Shown here: piece after piece, positions 1-10,148 of the stretch
How the letters are laid out: every line of letters begins with the position of its first letter
How positions within the stretch are numbered: the stretch's first letter is position 1
Translations under genes and position numbers: made by a program
From: Bryobacterales bacterium
GTDB lineage: Bacteria > Acidobacteriota > Terriglobia > Bryobacterales > UBA6623
Assembly (NCBI GenBank): GCA_028819575.1
Contig: JAPPLB010000069.1
Location: forward strand, 88,470-152,469
Direction of reading: 5' to 3'
Length of the DNA: 64,000 nucleotides
The notes under the pieces: generated by a model
Told to the model about the DNA's origin: nothing
What the model saw: the letters and a program-made list of their open reading frames with translations, nothing else
Databases searched by the model: none

Positions 1-1436
1 TGGCGGAGTTGCTCGACCTCTGCTTTGTCCTCGAGTGTCAGTAAATGACTCACTTTGCCCGCGCCGATCGAGAGCACCTGCGCCGCAAGCAGCTTCTGCC
101 CAGGTGTCCGTTTTTCTTCCGGCGTGTGGACGGCGATCTGAATATCCTCGGGGAAGGTCTTCAGCTTCTCTTTGAAAGCGATGTCCCTGTAAGGAGCCTG
201 GATTTCAGCAATTCGGTCCTTGAGCGGTTTCAGGAGTTCCTCGACAACGGTTTTCTGCTCTTCATACACCCTGACCTGATCTTCCGGCGCCAGCGGATGG
301 TCGTACCGCACGTACGGGAAGAAGATGGCCATCATCCGGTAGTAGTCAAGCTGCGAGATGGGATCGAACTTGTGATCGTGGCAGCGAGCGCAATCGACCG
401 AGAGGGCCATGAAGGCGCGGCTCGTGGTGCTGATGATGTCATCGAGGTAGGCGTAACGATACTGCGGGTTATCTTTTTCACGAAAGCCGACTCGCGGCCC
501 AACTCGATAGAAGCCGGTAGCGATCAGACTGTCATGTGTCGGGACGTCCAGCTCATCACCTGCGAGTTGCTCGCGCACAAACTGGTAGTAAGGTTTATCG
601 TCGTTGAGCGCGTGTATCACATAGTCGCGATAGCGCCAGGCATTGGGAAAGTCGTAATCGTGCTCGTAACCATGGCTGTCGGCATAGCGGACGACATCGA
701 GCCAATGGCGTCCCCAGCGCTCGCCGTAGTGGGGCGAGGCAAGTAGTCGTTCAATGACCTTTTCGAACGCCTTCGGAGACGCATCGGCGACGAAGGCTTC
801 CACCTCATAAGGCTTAGGGAGGAGCCCGATCAGGTCGAGATAGGCTCGCCGAATCAAGGTTCGACGGTCGGCTGGGGGCGCAGGCGTCAGGTGCTTTTCA
901 GCGAGCTTGCTAAAAACGAATGCATCAACGGGGTGATCGCGATCCGGAACTTCGGGAATCTCGTGCCTCACGGGCGGCTGGAAAGCCCACCAGGTCTCGC
1001 TCCCTGCCGCCTTGGAGCTTTCTTCGCGCTGGTCAAACTCCGCTCCCTGCTCGATCCAGTCACGGATCTTCATGATCTGGTCGTCTTCCAGCGAACCTCC
1101 GAGGGGCATCGGCGGTCCCGCGCTACCTGACACATGCAGATACATCAGGCTCTCGGATGGTCTCTCGGCAACAACGGCCGGGCCGCGTTCCCCACCTTCG
1201 AGGATGCTTTCAGGAGTGCGCAGATCGAGATTCGATTCTTTTGCGCCGTCTCCATGACAGACATAGCAGTTCTCTTTGAGAACCGGCTGGATGTCCTTCG
1301 TGTAGGAAACCGGATCAGAGGCAGCGAGAAATGCGGGGAGAGCAAAGACGAAAACAGGCAGAAGGCAGCAAGACAGAGCTACGGAGTCCTGGGGGCATCC
1401 CCTCGCCGTGGAGCTGCCTGTCGTCAGCGATAACAC
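1..1436 (-). CDS. PSCyt1/DUF1549/DUF1553 (PSD1) family protein, 3' end cut by window edge
   Basis: Absent from the ORF track because it runs off the window. My minus-strand translation gives a signal-like ALSCCLLPVFVFALPAFLAASDP. It continues with DIQPVLKENCYVCHG (CxxCH planctomycete cytochrome c), LASPHYGERWGRHWLDVVRYADS (DUF1549) and CARCHDHKFDPISQLDYY (DUF1553). The + ORFs 45..746, 891..1130 and similar are shadows. The start (GTG near 1436) is uncertain. Confidence 0.8.
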   Translation of the reverse strand, partial: MLSLTTGSSTARGCPQDSVALSCCLLPVFVFALPAFLAASDPVSYTKDIQPVLKENCYVCHGDGAKESNLDLRTPESILEGGERGPAVVAERPSESLMYLHVSGSAGPPMPLGGSLEDDQIMKIRDWIEQGAEFDQREESSKAAGSETWWAFQPPVRHEIPEVPDRDHPVDAFVFSKLAEKHLTPAPPADRRTLIRRAYLDLIGLLPKPYEVEAFVADASPKAFEKVIERLLASPHYGERWGRHWLDVVRYADSHGYEHDYDFPNAWRYRDYVIHALNDDKPYYQFVREQLAGDELDVPTHDSLIATGFYRVGPRVGFREKDNPQYRYAYLDDIISTTSRAFMALSVDCARCHDHKFDPISQLDYYRMMAIFFPYVRYDHPLAPEDQVRVYEEQKTVVEELLKPLKDRIAEIQAPYRDIAFKEKLKTFPEDIQIAVHTPEEKRTPGQKLLAAQVLSIGAGKVSHLLTLEDKAEVEQLR

Positions 1437-1823
1437 GCTCTGAAGGCAAGTGTACGTTGCTTGTAAACCTCTGTCAACGAATTGGAACCCGCTGTAAACG
1501 CAGTGTAGAAAGTACTCCTGTTTGTGCAATAAGGTCGTCTTATAGCAGTGCCCGTGAATCGCGTGCAGCTCATTTTGACAAGACGAATGCGCCTAAGGCG
1601 TGGCAGCCCTAGCCTCCCTGGCGTCATGCCAGGCAGTCCGAGGCAGCAAAAACAAGACTGAACGGCTTCAGTACCTCGAGCCGAAGGGAAATGTTCTGCT
1701 TGGCTCATCAGGGGAACTTCTCACATTTCTCCGACAGGAATCGAAACTGAGGTCAGCTTATGTCGCAACAGGACGACACGGCCGGACTTGTTGGCCCGAC
1801 GAGATCGTAAGGCTGCGTAAGAC

Positions 1824-2318
1824 TTATTCTTCTTGGCTCCAGGGAAGCCGGCTGGTTATTGGGCAAACCTTTTGTACGTTGACATTGATTTCCTTGCCTA
1901 ATTCCTCGAGCTGGCTTTCGTCGAGCTTCGCCTGGATCTCCTGGAAGAGTTGGCGTTCTTCGATGCGGATGTGGCGGTGAAGCAACTTGCTGAATTCCTG
2001 GAGAAGGGGGATCCGGTTGCTGTCGGTCGCGACTGCTAATAGTTCGACGAGTTTCTCCAGTTTGCGGTGCTGTGCGATGAGGTCATCGACCACTTGATCC
2101 GAGTCGAGCCTTGATCGGATCGACGGAAAGAGTACTTTTTCCTCGACTTGAAAATGGCCTAACAGTTCAATTTCGGCCATCCGGGCAACTTTGCGTGAGA
2201 GTTCGAGGGCCTTCCTTTTTGTCGGGTCCGCCTTGAGGCCACGATCGATCAGAACGGTGAGCGCCAAGCCATGTTGATGCTGGTGGGACAGCGGAATCAG
2301 GCTGGGATCGCGAAGCAT
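1824..2318 (-). CDS. hemerythrin / HHE cation-binding domain protein
   Basis: 164-aa ORF. It has helical H...E metal-ligand motifs (GHFQVEEKVLFP, AQHRKLEKL, HRHIRIEERQLFQE) typical of hemerythrin-like domains. Confidence 0.75.
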   Translation of the reverse strand: MLRDPSLIPLSHQHQHGLALTVLIDRGLKADPTKRKALELSRKVARMAEIELLGHFQVEEKVLFPSIRSRLDSDQVVDDLIAQHRKLEKLVELLAVATDSNRIPLLQEFSKLLHRHIRIEERQLFQEIQAKLDESQLEELGKEINVNVQKVCPITSRLPWSQEE

Positions 2319-2373
2319 TGTCTCATTCTACGAACTCATCCTCCCGCCTCCCATGGCTGCTACAATTCACGCC

Positions 2374-2562
2374 ATGCCGATTCTGGATGTGACGCTCATG
2401 ACAGGGCGCTCCTATGAAAAGAAGAAGACGCTCATCAAAGAGTTGACGGACGCGACCGTTCGCGCCCTCGAGGTGTCGCCCGAGCGGGTGCGCGTGATCG
2501 TTCGCGAGATTCATCCTTCTCACTTTGCAGTAGCCGGCGAACCAAAGGGAGAACCCGAGTAA
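2374..2562 (+). CDS. 4-oxalocrotonate tautomerase family enzyme
   Basis: ORF 2353..2562. I place the start at the internal ATG at 2374, which gives MPILDVTLMTGRSYEKKKTLIKELTDA with the catalytic Pro1. The ~62-aa size and sequence pattern are typical of 4-OT. Confidence 0.8.
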   Translation: MPILDVTLMTGRSYEKKKTLIKELTDATVRALEVSPERVRVIVREIHPSHFAVAGEPKGEPE

Positions 2563-2777
2563 GAGCGTGTGTTGATCACCACGACTCAATTCTCGCCATG
2601 GGCCAAAGGAGTAACGCCGACTCGCATGAGGAGCAGTGCGGTGCGTGTCCCTTGGGGCAACCGACATGGTTGGGCTTCGTCTTTGTCGTTCGCAGGAGTA
2701 GGGCGACCTGGATCGCGTCCTGCTCATTCCACGCCAGGCAGCCAGCCGCGACTAGCACGGGACTTCCACAACGGCCG

Positions 2778-4133
2778 CTAGCTGACCTGCGTAAAGAACA
2801 CCTTGTTGGAGAGCAAATCCTTGAGCGCCGGACCCGGCCCTCCGGCCGTATAGAGAATTCCTACATCCGACCCGATCTGATGATGGCCGGTTGGCCGTTC
2901 GACGTTCGGAAGCCAATGTGATTCAAGTTGGTCCTCCGAACTGACCATCGAGAACTCGAACGAGGCGCCGCCGTTCACGGACCGCAATTGCACGACTTCA
3001 TTCGACGGATGGCCCCAGCCGGATTCGTCGCCCTTGAGCTTTTGCAGAGTTGCGACGACGACCGTTTCACCCCGTGAGTCGAAAGTAATTCCGCCGGCCG
3101 TAATGAGACTCCAGGATGACCATTGGTCAGGCAAAAACCTGGACAAGTCGGTGCTGTTCCAGCGTCCATCGTTTTCCAGGCGCTTGATGAAAAGCCTTCC
3201 TCGTCCCTGTTCCTCGATGCTGTACAGGAGATGAGGCCGACCCTTGCGATCAACCGCCAATGCACCGGCTCGCACAACCCGTTGTTGGTCGACACCACCC
3301 CTTACGAGAACTTCGGCTGTTTCGACCGTGACAGGAAGGGTCAGGGTTCGTCCATCGCTACGGGTCCAGCTCTCGCCGAAATCGCGACTAACCATGTATG
3401 AGACTGTCTGCAGGCGGCCATACGCATCCTTGTCGGATTTCTCGTGGAAACGGCAGCACAGATGCAGGGTGCGGTGGTCCGGTCCCCATGCGAGCGATTC
3501 CTGAAAGTGAGCGTAGCCAGGATGGCGCGACGCGAGCAGCGAACCCTTCCTTCGCCATACTTCACCAGCCGGGAGTTTCCATAACTCTACCTCCCACGGC
3601 TTGTCCCGAAATCTGCGCCGGCCGCTGAGATACAACGTGTCATCCTGTCCACAAACAAACGTGGGGTACGTCAACCCCTCGCCGATAAGTACTTCCTCTC
3701 CCCACTCGGACGCGTCGTTAGGACGTTTCGACTTGCGATAACGCATGGCGTGATGATGCGGGTAGTAGACAATGTGCAGGAAGCCAGAACTGTCGATCGT
3801 GAGCGCCGGTCCTCCATGGTTGTCATATGCCTCACCGACCGTTGCTGTCGGAGACCAATCTCCCGTCCGACGGTCGAGTGTCCGCACACGCACGCGGAAT
3901 CCCTCGGGTGGTGAATCAAGCCAGGCTACGTGGGTTCGATCGCCGCTTGTGACAATCTTATTCGCCTCTGAATATGCGCTCGCGCGGCCACATCCGCGCT
4001 CGGAAAGCAGAAACGGTTGATTGCTGCCTGTTTCTTTCGACAGGGCATGTGGGGTAAGGCAGCCCGCCACAGCCACGCCTGCAGTTCTCAACCAGTGTCG
4101 TCGTGAATGAGGGATAACGCTTGGATTGCCCAT
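2778..4133 (-). CDS. BNR-4-type beta-propeller protein with twin-arginine signal
   Basis: 451 aa. N-terminus is SRRHWLRTAGVAVAG (TAT-like). The motif YDNHGGPALTIDSSGFLHIVYYPHHHAMRYRKS resembles the BNR repeat-containing family (BNR_4). Confidence 0.6.
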   Translation of the reverse strand: MGNPSVIPHSRRHWLRTAGVAVAGCLTPHALSKETGSNQPFLLSERGCGRASAYSEANKIVTSGDRTHVAWLDSPPEGFRVRVRTLDRRTGDWSPTATVGEAYDNHGGPALTIDSSGFLHIVYYPHHHAMRYRKSKRPNDASEWGEEVLIGEGLTYPTFVCGQDDTLYLSGRRRFRDKPWEVELWKLPAGEVWRRKGSLLASRHPGYAHFQESLAWGPDHRTLHLCCRFHEKSDKDAYGRLQTVSYMVSRDFGESWTRSDGRTLTLPVTVETAEVLVRGGVDQQRVVRAGALAVDRKGRPHLLYSIEEQGRGRLFIKRLENDGRWNSTDLSRFLPDQWSSWSLITAGGITFDSRGETVVVATLQKLKGDESGWGHPSNEVVQLRSVNGGASFEFSMVSSEDQLESHWLPNVERPTGHHQIGSDVGILYTAGGPGPALKDLLSNKVFFTQVS

Positions 4134-4162
4134 ATCCTTTCGTTATGCTGCGCCTCCCATCT

Positions 4163-4939
4163 CTAACGGCCGTCCAGGCTATCGCACCCCTTTTTCATCG
4201 TCTCGAACAAGCTGCGGAGCTCGCCGAGGTCGTGACCGGGATTCACCAGCCGAAAGCCCTGATCGACACGGTGTTTCGCTTGCTCCAAGGACCCGGTGAC
4301 ATACCCTGCCGCGACGCCTGTCTCCTTGGACGCATCGGCGACCTCGGCTACCAAGTCTTGAACCAGGTCATCTTCGATCGAGGCAGCTCCTACCGACCGC
4401 GACAGATCATAAGGACCGATGAGAACGCAATCCACGTCGGGGACAGCCATCATTTCGCGGACATTGCCGACGCCGGTCGGCGTCTCTACCATCACGATAA
4501 CGAGTATCTCGTCGTTCGCATGCTCGACGTAGTGAAAGTAGTCGTTTCCGCCCTGCAAGGCATTGCGGAATCCTGTTGCCGAGCGTCCGCCACGTGGAGG
4601 AAACTTTGCCGCCTGCACTGCCTGCTCACACTGTTCCGCAGTTTCGACCATGGGGACAACGATCCCCAGAGCGCCCAAGTCGAGCAATCGTCCGATACAA
4701 AGTGGATCGAGTCCAGGGATGCGTACGATCGGCGCGGTTTGCGTCCCGATGAAGCAGCTCAGAGCGGCACTTAGCGTCGGCTCCGACCAACCGCCGTGCT
4801 GCCATTCGAGCCATAGGAAGTCGAAGTCGTATTGAAGTGCTTGCTGGACGATTTCCGGGGAAGGGAAGGAGATCGACGGGCCTGAGATGACTCCTCCGTT
4901 GAGGAGCTTACGCCGTGCGAGGTTCGGTTGCATGATCAA
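4163..4939 (-). CDS. HpcH/HpaI family class II (pyruvate) aldolase
   Basis: 258 aa. DFDFLWLEWQHGGWS, IVRIPGLDP, LDLGALGIVVPMVETAEQ and KFPPRGGRS match the HpcH/HpaI aldolase fold pattern. Confidence 0.85.
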   Translation of the reverse strand: MIMQPNLARRKLLNGGVISGPSISFPSPEIVQQALQYDFDFLWLEWQHGGWSEPTLSAALSCFIGTQTAPIVRIPGLDPLCIGRLLDLGALGIVVPMVETAEQCEQAVQAAKFPPRGGRSATGFRNALQGGNDYFHYVEHANDEILVIVMVETPTGVGNVREMMAVPDVDCVLIGPYDLSRSVGAASIEDDLVQDLVAEVADASKETGVAAGYVTGSLEQAKHRVDQGFRLVNPGHDLGELRSLFETMKKGCDSLDGR

Positions 4940-4990
4940 GGGCTCTCTATCGGAAGTCCCCTATCTTAGCTTGCGGCTTCCGATGGCGGG

Positions 4991-7114
4991 TCAATACGCG
5001 AGCGTCTTTTTGATTTCGCGTTCGAGATCGGATGTCTGGGGCAGAATACGGTTCTCGACGCGCGGATTGTAGGCAACCCAGGTGTCCTTCGCGCCGACTC
5101 GACTGACCGGCGCGTCAAGGCGGTCGAACAGCTCTTTGCCGATGCGGGCGGCGATTTCAGCTCCGTAACCGAAGGAAAGGCAATCCTCATGGGCTACGAT
5201 GGCCCGGCTGGTCTTGCTGACCGATTCAGCAATCATGACCCAATCGTAGGGACTGAGGCTGCGAAGGTCGAGGATCTCGACCGTGGCGTCATGTTGCTTC
5301 TCAATGCGCTGTGCGGCGAGCAAGGCTTTGTGTACAACCGCTCCGTAGGTGATCAACGTCAGGTCCGAACCTTCTTTGACACACCGGGCCCGACCGAAAG
5401 GCACCATGTGTTCGGGTCCGGGGTCGGCAGCGCGATTGTACGTCTCACGGTAGAGCTTCTTGTGTTCGAGGAACAGAACGGGGTCGTCGCAACGGATGGC
5501 TGTCCGCAGCAAGCCATTGGCGTCGAGCGCATTCGAAGGCATGACGACTCGCAGACCGGGGATGTGCGTAAAAAGTACTTCGCCCGACTGGCTGTGGTAC
5601 ACAGCGCCACCACCCAGGTAGCCGCCGATCGGGACTCGGACGACCAGAGGGCAGGAGAAGCCGTTGTTCGAGCGCCAGCGGAGGGTAGCGAGTTCACCGC
5701 GGATTTGCATCATAGCCGGCCAGATATAGTCGAAGAACTGAATCTCAACAACGGGTTTCAAGCCTCGTGTCGCCATGCCAATCGCACGGCCGACGATGGC
5801 CGCTTCCGCGATGGGTGCATTGAAGACGCGATCGCTGCCGAACCTGCGTTGCAGTCCGTGCGTCACCTTGAAAACGCCGCCTTTGCCTTTGACTTCATCG
5901 AGGTACTCTTCTCGTGTGCAGTCTGCGACGTCCTGACCGAAAATGAAGATACGATCATCGCGCTGCATCTCTCCACGGAGACAGGTGTTGATCAGATCGA
6001 CCATCGTCTTCGGCTCGCCGGCAAGGCGGGGTGGGTTGTCAAACTCGTCCGCAGTCGGGTTTACGGTCGGCGAATAGAGTAGTTTCATCGCCGATCCCGA
6101 TGGCGGAGCTTCCGCTTTCAAGGCAACGGTGACCGCCTCTTGGATCTCGAGATCGATTTCTTGATGAATCGTCAGCAGAGCGTGTTCGTCGGCAATCCCT
6201 TCGTGTTCCAGATGCGCTGCCAGTCTGCGAATTGGGTCCTTGGATGCCTCATCCTCGCGTTCAGCCACAGGCTTGTAGAGGCTCTCGTCGTCGGACAGTG
6301 AGTGTGAATACGGGCGAATCGTATAAGCGTGGACGAGAGCCGGTCCATGGCCCTCTCTGCAGTGATCCACTGCTTCAGAGAGGACGCGGCAGCTTTCGAG
6401 GAAGTCGAGACCGTCTACCTCATGAACGTCCAAATCGGGGAACGAGCGTGCGAGCCGCGAGAGGCTCCCGCCGGCAGTCTGAGCTTCAACAGGCACGGAG
6501 ATCGCGTAGCCGTTGTCCTCGATCAGGAAAAGCAGCGGCAGACGCTCCAGGCAAGCGGCGTTGAGGGCTTCCCAGAATTCCCCCTCGCTCGTCGCACCTT
6601 CACCTGAGCAGACCAGAACGAGATTCCCTCCAGGATGCCGCGGCCATTTCGGAGATTTTCTGTCACTTCTGATGAGTCGGTCGGCGTGGGCGCAACCCAC
6701 GGCCTGAAGAAACTGTGTTCCCGTTGGACTTGATGTCGAAACGATGTTCAGCTTCGGGTTCGACCAGTGTGACGGCATTTGCCTTCCGCCCGAAGCGGAG
6801 TCGGACGCGGCGCCCACGGCCTGCAGCAGCATGTCGAGCGGTGTAACGCCCATTGCCAGACAGAGCGCACGATCCCGGTAATAGGGATAGACCCAGTCGA
6901 AGCCCGGATCGAGGAGCATTCCCGCCGCAGTCTGCACTGCCTCATGGCCCGCGGCGCTAACCTGGAAGAAAATCTCGTTCCGACGCTTGAGAATGATCTC
7001 GCGGTCGTCGAGACGCCGCGAGAGATACATGTTGCGGTAGGCGTCGAGAAGCAGGGAAGGACGAATGGCGTCGAGCGCCGGGGCTTCATTGACCAGGCCG
7101 CGTAGATCGGCCAT
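4991..7114 (-). CDS. TPP-dependent 2-oxoacid dehydrogenase E1 component, fused alpha-beta
   Basis: 707 aa. The N-terminal half is E1-alpha-like ([17 protein letters not shown]...[14 protein letters not shown]). The C-terminal half is E1-beta/transketolase-like ([40 protein letters not shown]...[11 protein letters not shown]). Confidence 0.85.
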   Translation of the reverse strand: MADLRGLVNEAPALDAIRPSLLLDAYRNMYLSRRLDDREIILKRRNEIFFQVSAAGHEAVQTAAGMLLDPGFDWVYPYYRDRALCLAMGVTPLDMLLQAVGAASDSASGGRQMPSHWSNPKLNIVSTSSPTGTQFLQAVGCAHADRLIRSDRKSPKWPRHPGGNLVLVCSGEGATSEGEFWEALNAACLERLPLLFLIEDNGYAISVPVEAQTAGGSLSRLARSFPDLDVHEVDGLDFLESCRVLSEAVDHCREGHGPALVHAYTIRPYSHSLSDDESLYKPVAEREDEASKDPIRRLAAHLEHEGIADEHALLTIHQEIDLEIQEAVTVALKAEAPPSGSAMKLLYSPTVNPTADEFDNPPRLAGEPKTMVDLINTCLRGEMQRDDRIFIFGQDVADCTREEYLDEVKGKGGVFKVTHGLQRRFGSDRVFNAPIAEAAIVGRAIGMATRGLKPVVEIQFFDYIWPAMMQIRGELATLRWRSNNGFSCPLVVRVPIGGYLGGGAVYHSQSGEVLFTHIPGLRVVMPSNALDANGLLRTAIRCDDPVLFLEHKKLYRETYNRAADPGPEHMVPFGRARCVKEGSDLTLITYGAVVHKALLAAQRIEKQHDATVEILDLRSLSPYDWVMIAESVSKTSRAIVAHEDCLSFGYGAEIAARIGKELFDRLDAPVSRVGAKDTWVAYNPRVENRILPQTSDLEREIKKTLAY

Positions 7115-7163
7115 GCCTTTAGTGTAAGACGGCGGCGATGAACAAATTCCTCAGTCGGTGTGT

Positions 7164-8060
7164 CTAATTCTCACCCCGCGCCGCCATAATCTCTTTCATG
7201 CGCTTCTCCTTGAAGGCGTCGAACTCATTCTGCAACTCAGGAGTCAGCTTGCTGCCGTAGAGTTGGCTCGCACGATATTTTCCTGTGAGGAGCTTGCCTT
7301 TTGTCCACTCGTCCTTGATGTGGATGTAATCAGCTCGCTCGAGCACCTCTGCGACCAGGTGCGGTGGGATGAAGATCACGCCCTCGCGATCACCCAACAC
7401 GACATCTCCCGGCATGGCGACCGCACCGCTGATCTCAACGGGAATGTTCAGAGCGACCATCAGAACCCCACTGACCGCCGAGGGATGAGCTTTCTTGTAA
7501 TAGAGGTTCAGCGGCAAGTCGAATGTGCCCTGTAGATCGCGGATCGTGCCATCGACGACAGCACCTCTGCGGGTTTGGCCCCATATTGCCGAGTGCAGGT
7601 TGTCACCCCCAAAGTTGTGTCCCGGCGTGGCGCCCATCAAGTCGACCACGGCGACATCATCGCGGACGAGCGGATCGATGACCTTCTGCGTGTTACCCCG
7701 AGCCAGGCCCTTCTTCTTCGCATCGGCATCGACGACTTCTTGCAGGTCAGGCCGATGCGGCAGATACTTCGCCGTGACGGCGCGTCCCACGAGACGCTGA
7801 CCCGGCTTGAGGATCTCGAACCCGTCAGCGTACTGCCGCAGATATCCTTTTGCGCGCAGAATGCCCCAGGCCTCCTCGACGCTCAATTCCGCAATACGCT
7901 CCAGCAGATTAAGTGGCACTTTCGGCCGTCCGTCCGGAAATCTTTCGTAGGGATTCTGCTTGGTAAACTCGATCATCTGCTCCTTGGTCAGACTGAAGAG
8001 TTGGGCCGATGCTGGAACCGCAAGAGACAGACAGACGATTAGCGTAACGAGAGTTTTCAT
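7164..8060 (-). CDS. RraA / HMG-CHA aldolase family protein with N-terminal signal peptide
   Basis: 298 aa. Signal-like MKTLVTLIVCLSLAVPASAQ. The core GATPGHNFGGDNLHSAIWGQTRRGAVVDGTIRDLQG and MPGDVVLGDREGVIFIPPHL is typical of the RraA-like fold. Confidence 0.7.
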   Translation of the reverse strand: MKTLVTLIVCLSLAVPASAQLFSLTKEQMIEFTKQNPYERFPDGRPKVPLNLLERIAELSVEEAWGILRAKGYLRQYADGFEILKPGQRLVGRAVTAKYLPHRPDLQEVVDADAKKKGLARGNTQKVIDPLVRDDVAVVDLMGATPGHNFGGDNLHSAIWGQTRRGAVVDGTIRDLQGTFDLPLNLYYKKAHPSAVSGVLMVALNIPVEISGAVAMPGDVVLGDREGVIFIPPHLVAEVLERADYIHIKDEWTKGKLLTGKYRASQLYGSKLTPELQNEFDAFKEKRMKEIMAARGEN

Positions 8061-8155
8061 GGGTTTGTCCTCTGGGCAGAGAAGCCCAACGGGAAGGGAT
8101 CATCATACGGAATTGGCCGGGACCTTTCAACAAGAAGACAACAGGAGACGCTTTC

Positions 8156-9586
8156 GTGATGGATCGAACCGTGAATCGCAGAAACTTCCTGGGAACCGCC
8201 GCTGCGGTTTTTCCTCATCTCGCACGAAGTCAAACGGCCAAGCCCAGGAAGCCGAATCTTATTTTCATCCTGGCGGACGATCTCGGTTACGGCGACCTCG
8301 GCTGCTACGGCCAAAACCATATTGACACCTCAAACATCGATCGGCTCGCGGAAGAGGGCATGCGGTTCACGGATGCTTATGCAGGATCGACCGTCTGCGC
8401 GCCGTCGCGATCGTGTCTGATGACGGGACAGCACACGGGCCGTACGCGCATCCGGAACAACTCGAGTCCCACAATGGGGCGCGTTCCTCTCCTACCTTCG
8501 GACCTCACGGTCGCCGAGGTGCTCCAAGAGGCTGGATACCGCACCGCCATGATTGGCAAGTGGGGTTTGGGTGAGGCTGGCAGCACGGGCGTTCCGACCA
8601 AGAAGGGGTTCGATGACTGGTTCGGATACCTCAACCAGGGCCACGCTCATAACTTCTACCCGGAACACCTCTGGGACAATGACAGCGAGATCTTCCTATC
8701 CGGCAATCGTGGCGGCGCACGCCAGCAATACAGTCACGATCTGTTTGTGGAACGCGCGCTCGAGTTTCTCGATGACCACTCCGGAGAAGCGTTTTTCCTC
8801 TACCTGCCGTTTACGATTCCGCATGCGAACAACGAGTTGGGACGTTTCACGGGAGACGGCATGGAAGTTCCCGGCTACGAACCCTACGCCGAAGAGAACT
8901 GGCCTAACACCGAAAAGGGATTCGCCGCAATGGTTACTCGCATGGACCGCGACATCGGACGAATCATGACGAAGCTCAAGCAACTGGGGATCGACGAAGA
9001 CACCATTGTCGTGTTTAGCAGCGATAACGGGCCACATCGGGAAGGCGGACATGACCCGGAGTTCTTCGGGAGCCGCGGGGGGCTGCGAGGTATCAAGCGG
9101 GATCTGTATGAGGGGGGCATTAGGGTGCCGGCTATCGCACGTTGGCCGGGTCAGATCCAGGCCGGCGCGGTCAGTGGGCATCCCTGGGCATTCTGGGACT
9201 TTCTCCCGACAGCCGCGGAGCTTGCCGGATCAACAACACCGGGCAACATTGACGGCACTTCCATCGTCCCGACGCTGCTGGGTAAAGAGCAGTCCGAACC
9301 CGGATATCTGTACTGGGAGTTTGCCCGTGGCGGCAATTTCCATCAGGCTGTCAGAAAGGGTGAGTGGAAAGCGGTTCGGCACGGACTCAGCGAACCGATC
9401 GAACTCTACAACCTTGAAGAAGATCGATCCGAGAGCAACGACGTTGCCATCCAGCAGCCGGTGATCAGAGAAGAGATGGCGGACATCCTTTCGAGAGCGC
9501 GTGTGGAATCCGAGGAGTATCCACTACCGAGACAGCAAGGCCGGGCTACCGGGTTTCGAGAAAAAAAGCCAACTCATCACGCCTGA
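8156..9586 (+). CDS. arylsulfatase-family sulfatase, TAT signal
   Basis: 476 aa. NRRNFLGTAAAV is a twin-arginine signal. PNLIFILADDLGYGDLG and CAPSRSCLMTG (CxPxR formylglycine motif) are present. GTG 8156 or ATG 8159 follows an AGGAG. The last ~14 codons are antisense to a gene remnant (see the 9546..9716 feature). Confidence 0.9.
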   Translation: MMDRTVNRRNFLGTAAAVFPHLARSQTAKPRKPNLIFILADDLGYGDLGCYGQNHIDTSNIDRLAEEGMRFTDAYAGSTVCAPSRSCLMTGQHTGRTRIRNNSSPTMGRVPLLPSDLTVAEVLQEAGYRTAMIGKWGLGEAGSTGVPTKKGFDDWFGYLNQGHAHNFYPEHLWDNDSEIFLSGNRGGARQQYSHDLFVERALEFLDDHSGEAFFLYLPFTIPHANNELGRFTGDGMEVPGYEPYAEENWPNTEKGFAAMVTRMDRDIGRIMTKLKQLGIDEDTIVVFSSDNGPHREGGHDPEFFGSRGGLRGIKRDLYEGGIRVPAIARWPGQIQAGAVSGHPWAFWDFLPTAAELAGSTTPGNIDGTSIVPTLLGKEQSEPGYLYWEFARGGNFHQAVRKGEWKAVRHGLSEPIELYNLEEDRSESNDVAIQQPVIREEMADILSRARVESEEYPLPRQQGRATGFREKKPTHHA

Positions 9587-9716
9587 AGGCCCGAAGAGTT
9601 TCAACCCTGCCATCACGAACGAGGACGCGACCCTCAGCAGCAGATGCGACCGCTCCAACCTGCCAAGCCGAGATGCCCGCGTTGGAATTGTGTCCTGGCC
9701 GACAAAGCGACCTTAT
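9546..9716 (-). pseudogene. 3'-terminal remnant of an AIR-synthase-related (HypE/ThiL-like) paralogue
   Basis: The minus-strand translation GISAWQVGAVASAAEGRVLVRDGRVETLRAFRRDELAFFLETR* aligns by hand to the C-terminus of the intact gene at 12187..13203 (GISAREIGEVVSAADGVTLVRDGRAEPLPVFNRDELARFLETR*), 29 of 43 identical. It is bounded upstream by an in-frame stop at 9717-9719 and has no N-terminal part. Confidence 0.6.
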
Positions 9717-9741
9717 CTATGAGCATTACCGCAAACGACGC

Positions 9742-10053
9742 TCAATTGCCTTTACGAATAACGAAGCACTCGACGACTGAGTTATCGCCTTTCACGACCA
9801 CGACTTCGACGCCGCGATCTTTGATTGATCCCTCGATCGCAGAGGACTCACTTGAAGGACTCGAGCATGAAAGCTGAATCAGCATCTGTCCGAACGATTG
9901 CCTGGCTACTGCTAGCATGAAGGACCCTGCACTACTACAGGTCCTGGCGGAAGCGACTACGCTCGCGCACCATGCGCGATGTCTGATCATGCCGGACACT
10001 GGCAACAAGGAAAACCATGAAGAAACAAGGCCCTTGCTCTGTCTCTTCGACAC
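9742..10053 (-). pseudogene. possible second, more decayed AIR-synthase-family fragment
   Basis: The tail of this 103-aa ORF (FGQMLIQLSCSSPSSESSAIEGSIKDRGVEVVVVKGDNSVV) resembles the generic AIR-synthase C-terminal pattern (GG.LL.v....ae.v...l...Gi.a..IGeV). The similarity is weak and the call is tentative. Confidence 0.2.
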
Positions 10054-10148
10054 TCAAGCCGGCAACAATTGCAGAGAACACAGGCCAAAATTGGCGGACT
10101 GAACTACTACTCCCCGACATAAGGAGCTTATGGGCCGGAGTGAAGATC

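Noticed and set aside
45-1433. Plus-strand ORFs 45..746 (233 aa), 891..1130, 1012..1257 and 1134..1433
   Set aside because: They are antisense shadows of the minus-strand PSCyt/DUF1549/DUF1553 gene. That gene's translation shows clear family motifs, whereas these translations are low-complexity with no recognisable motifs.
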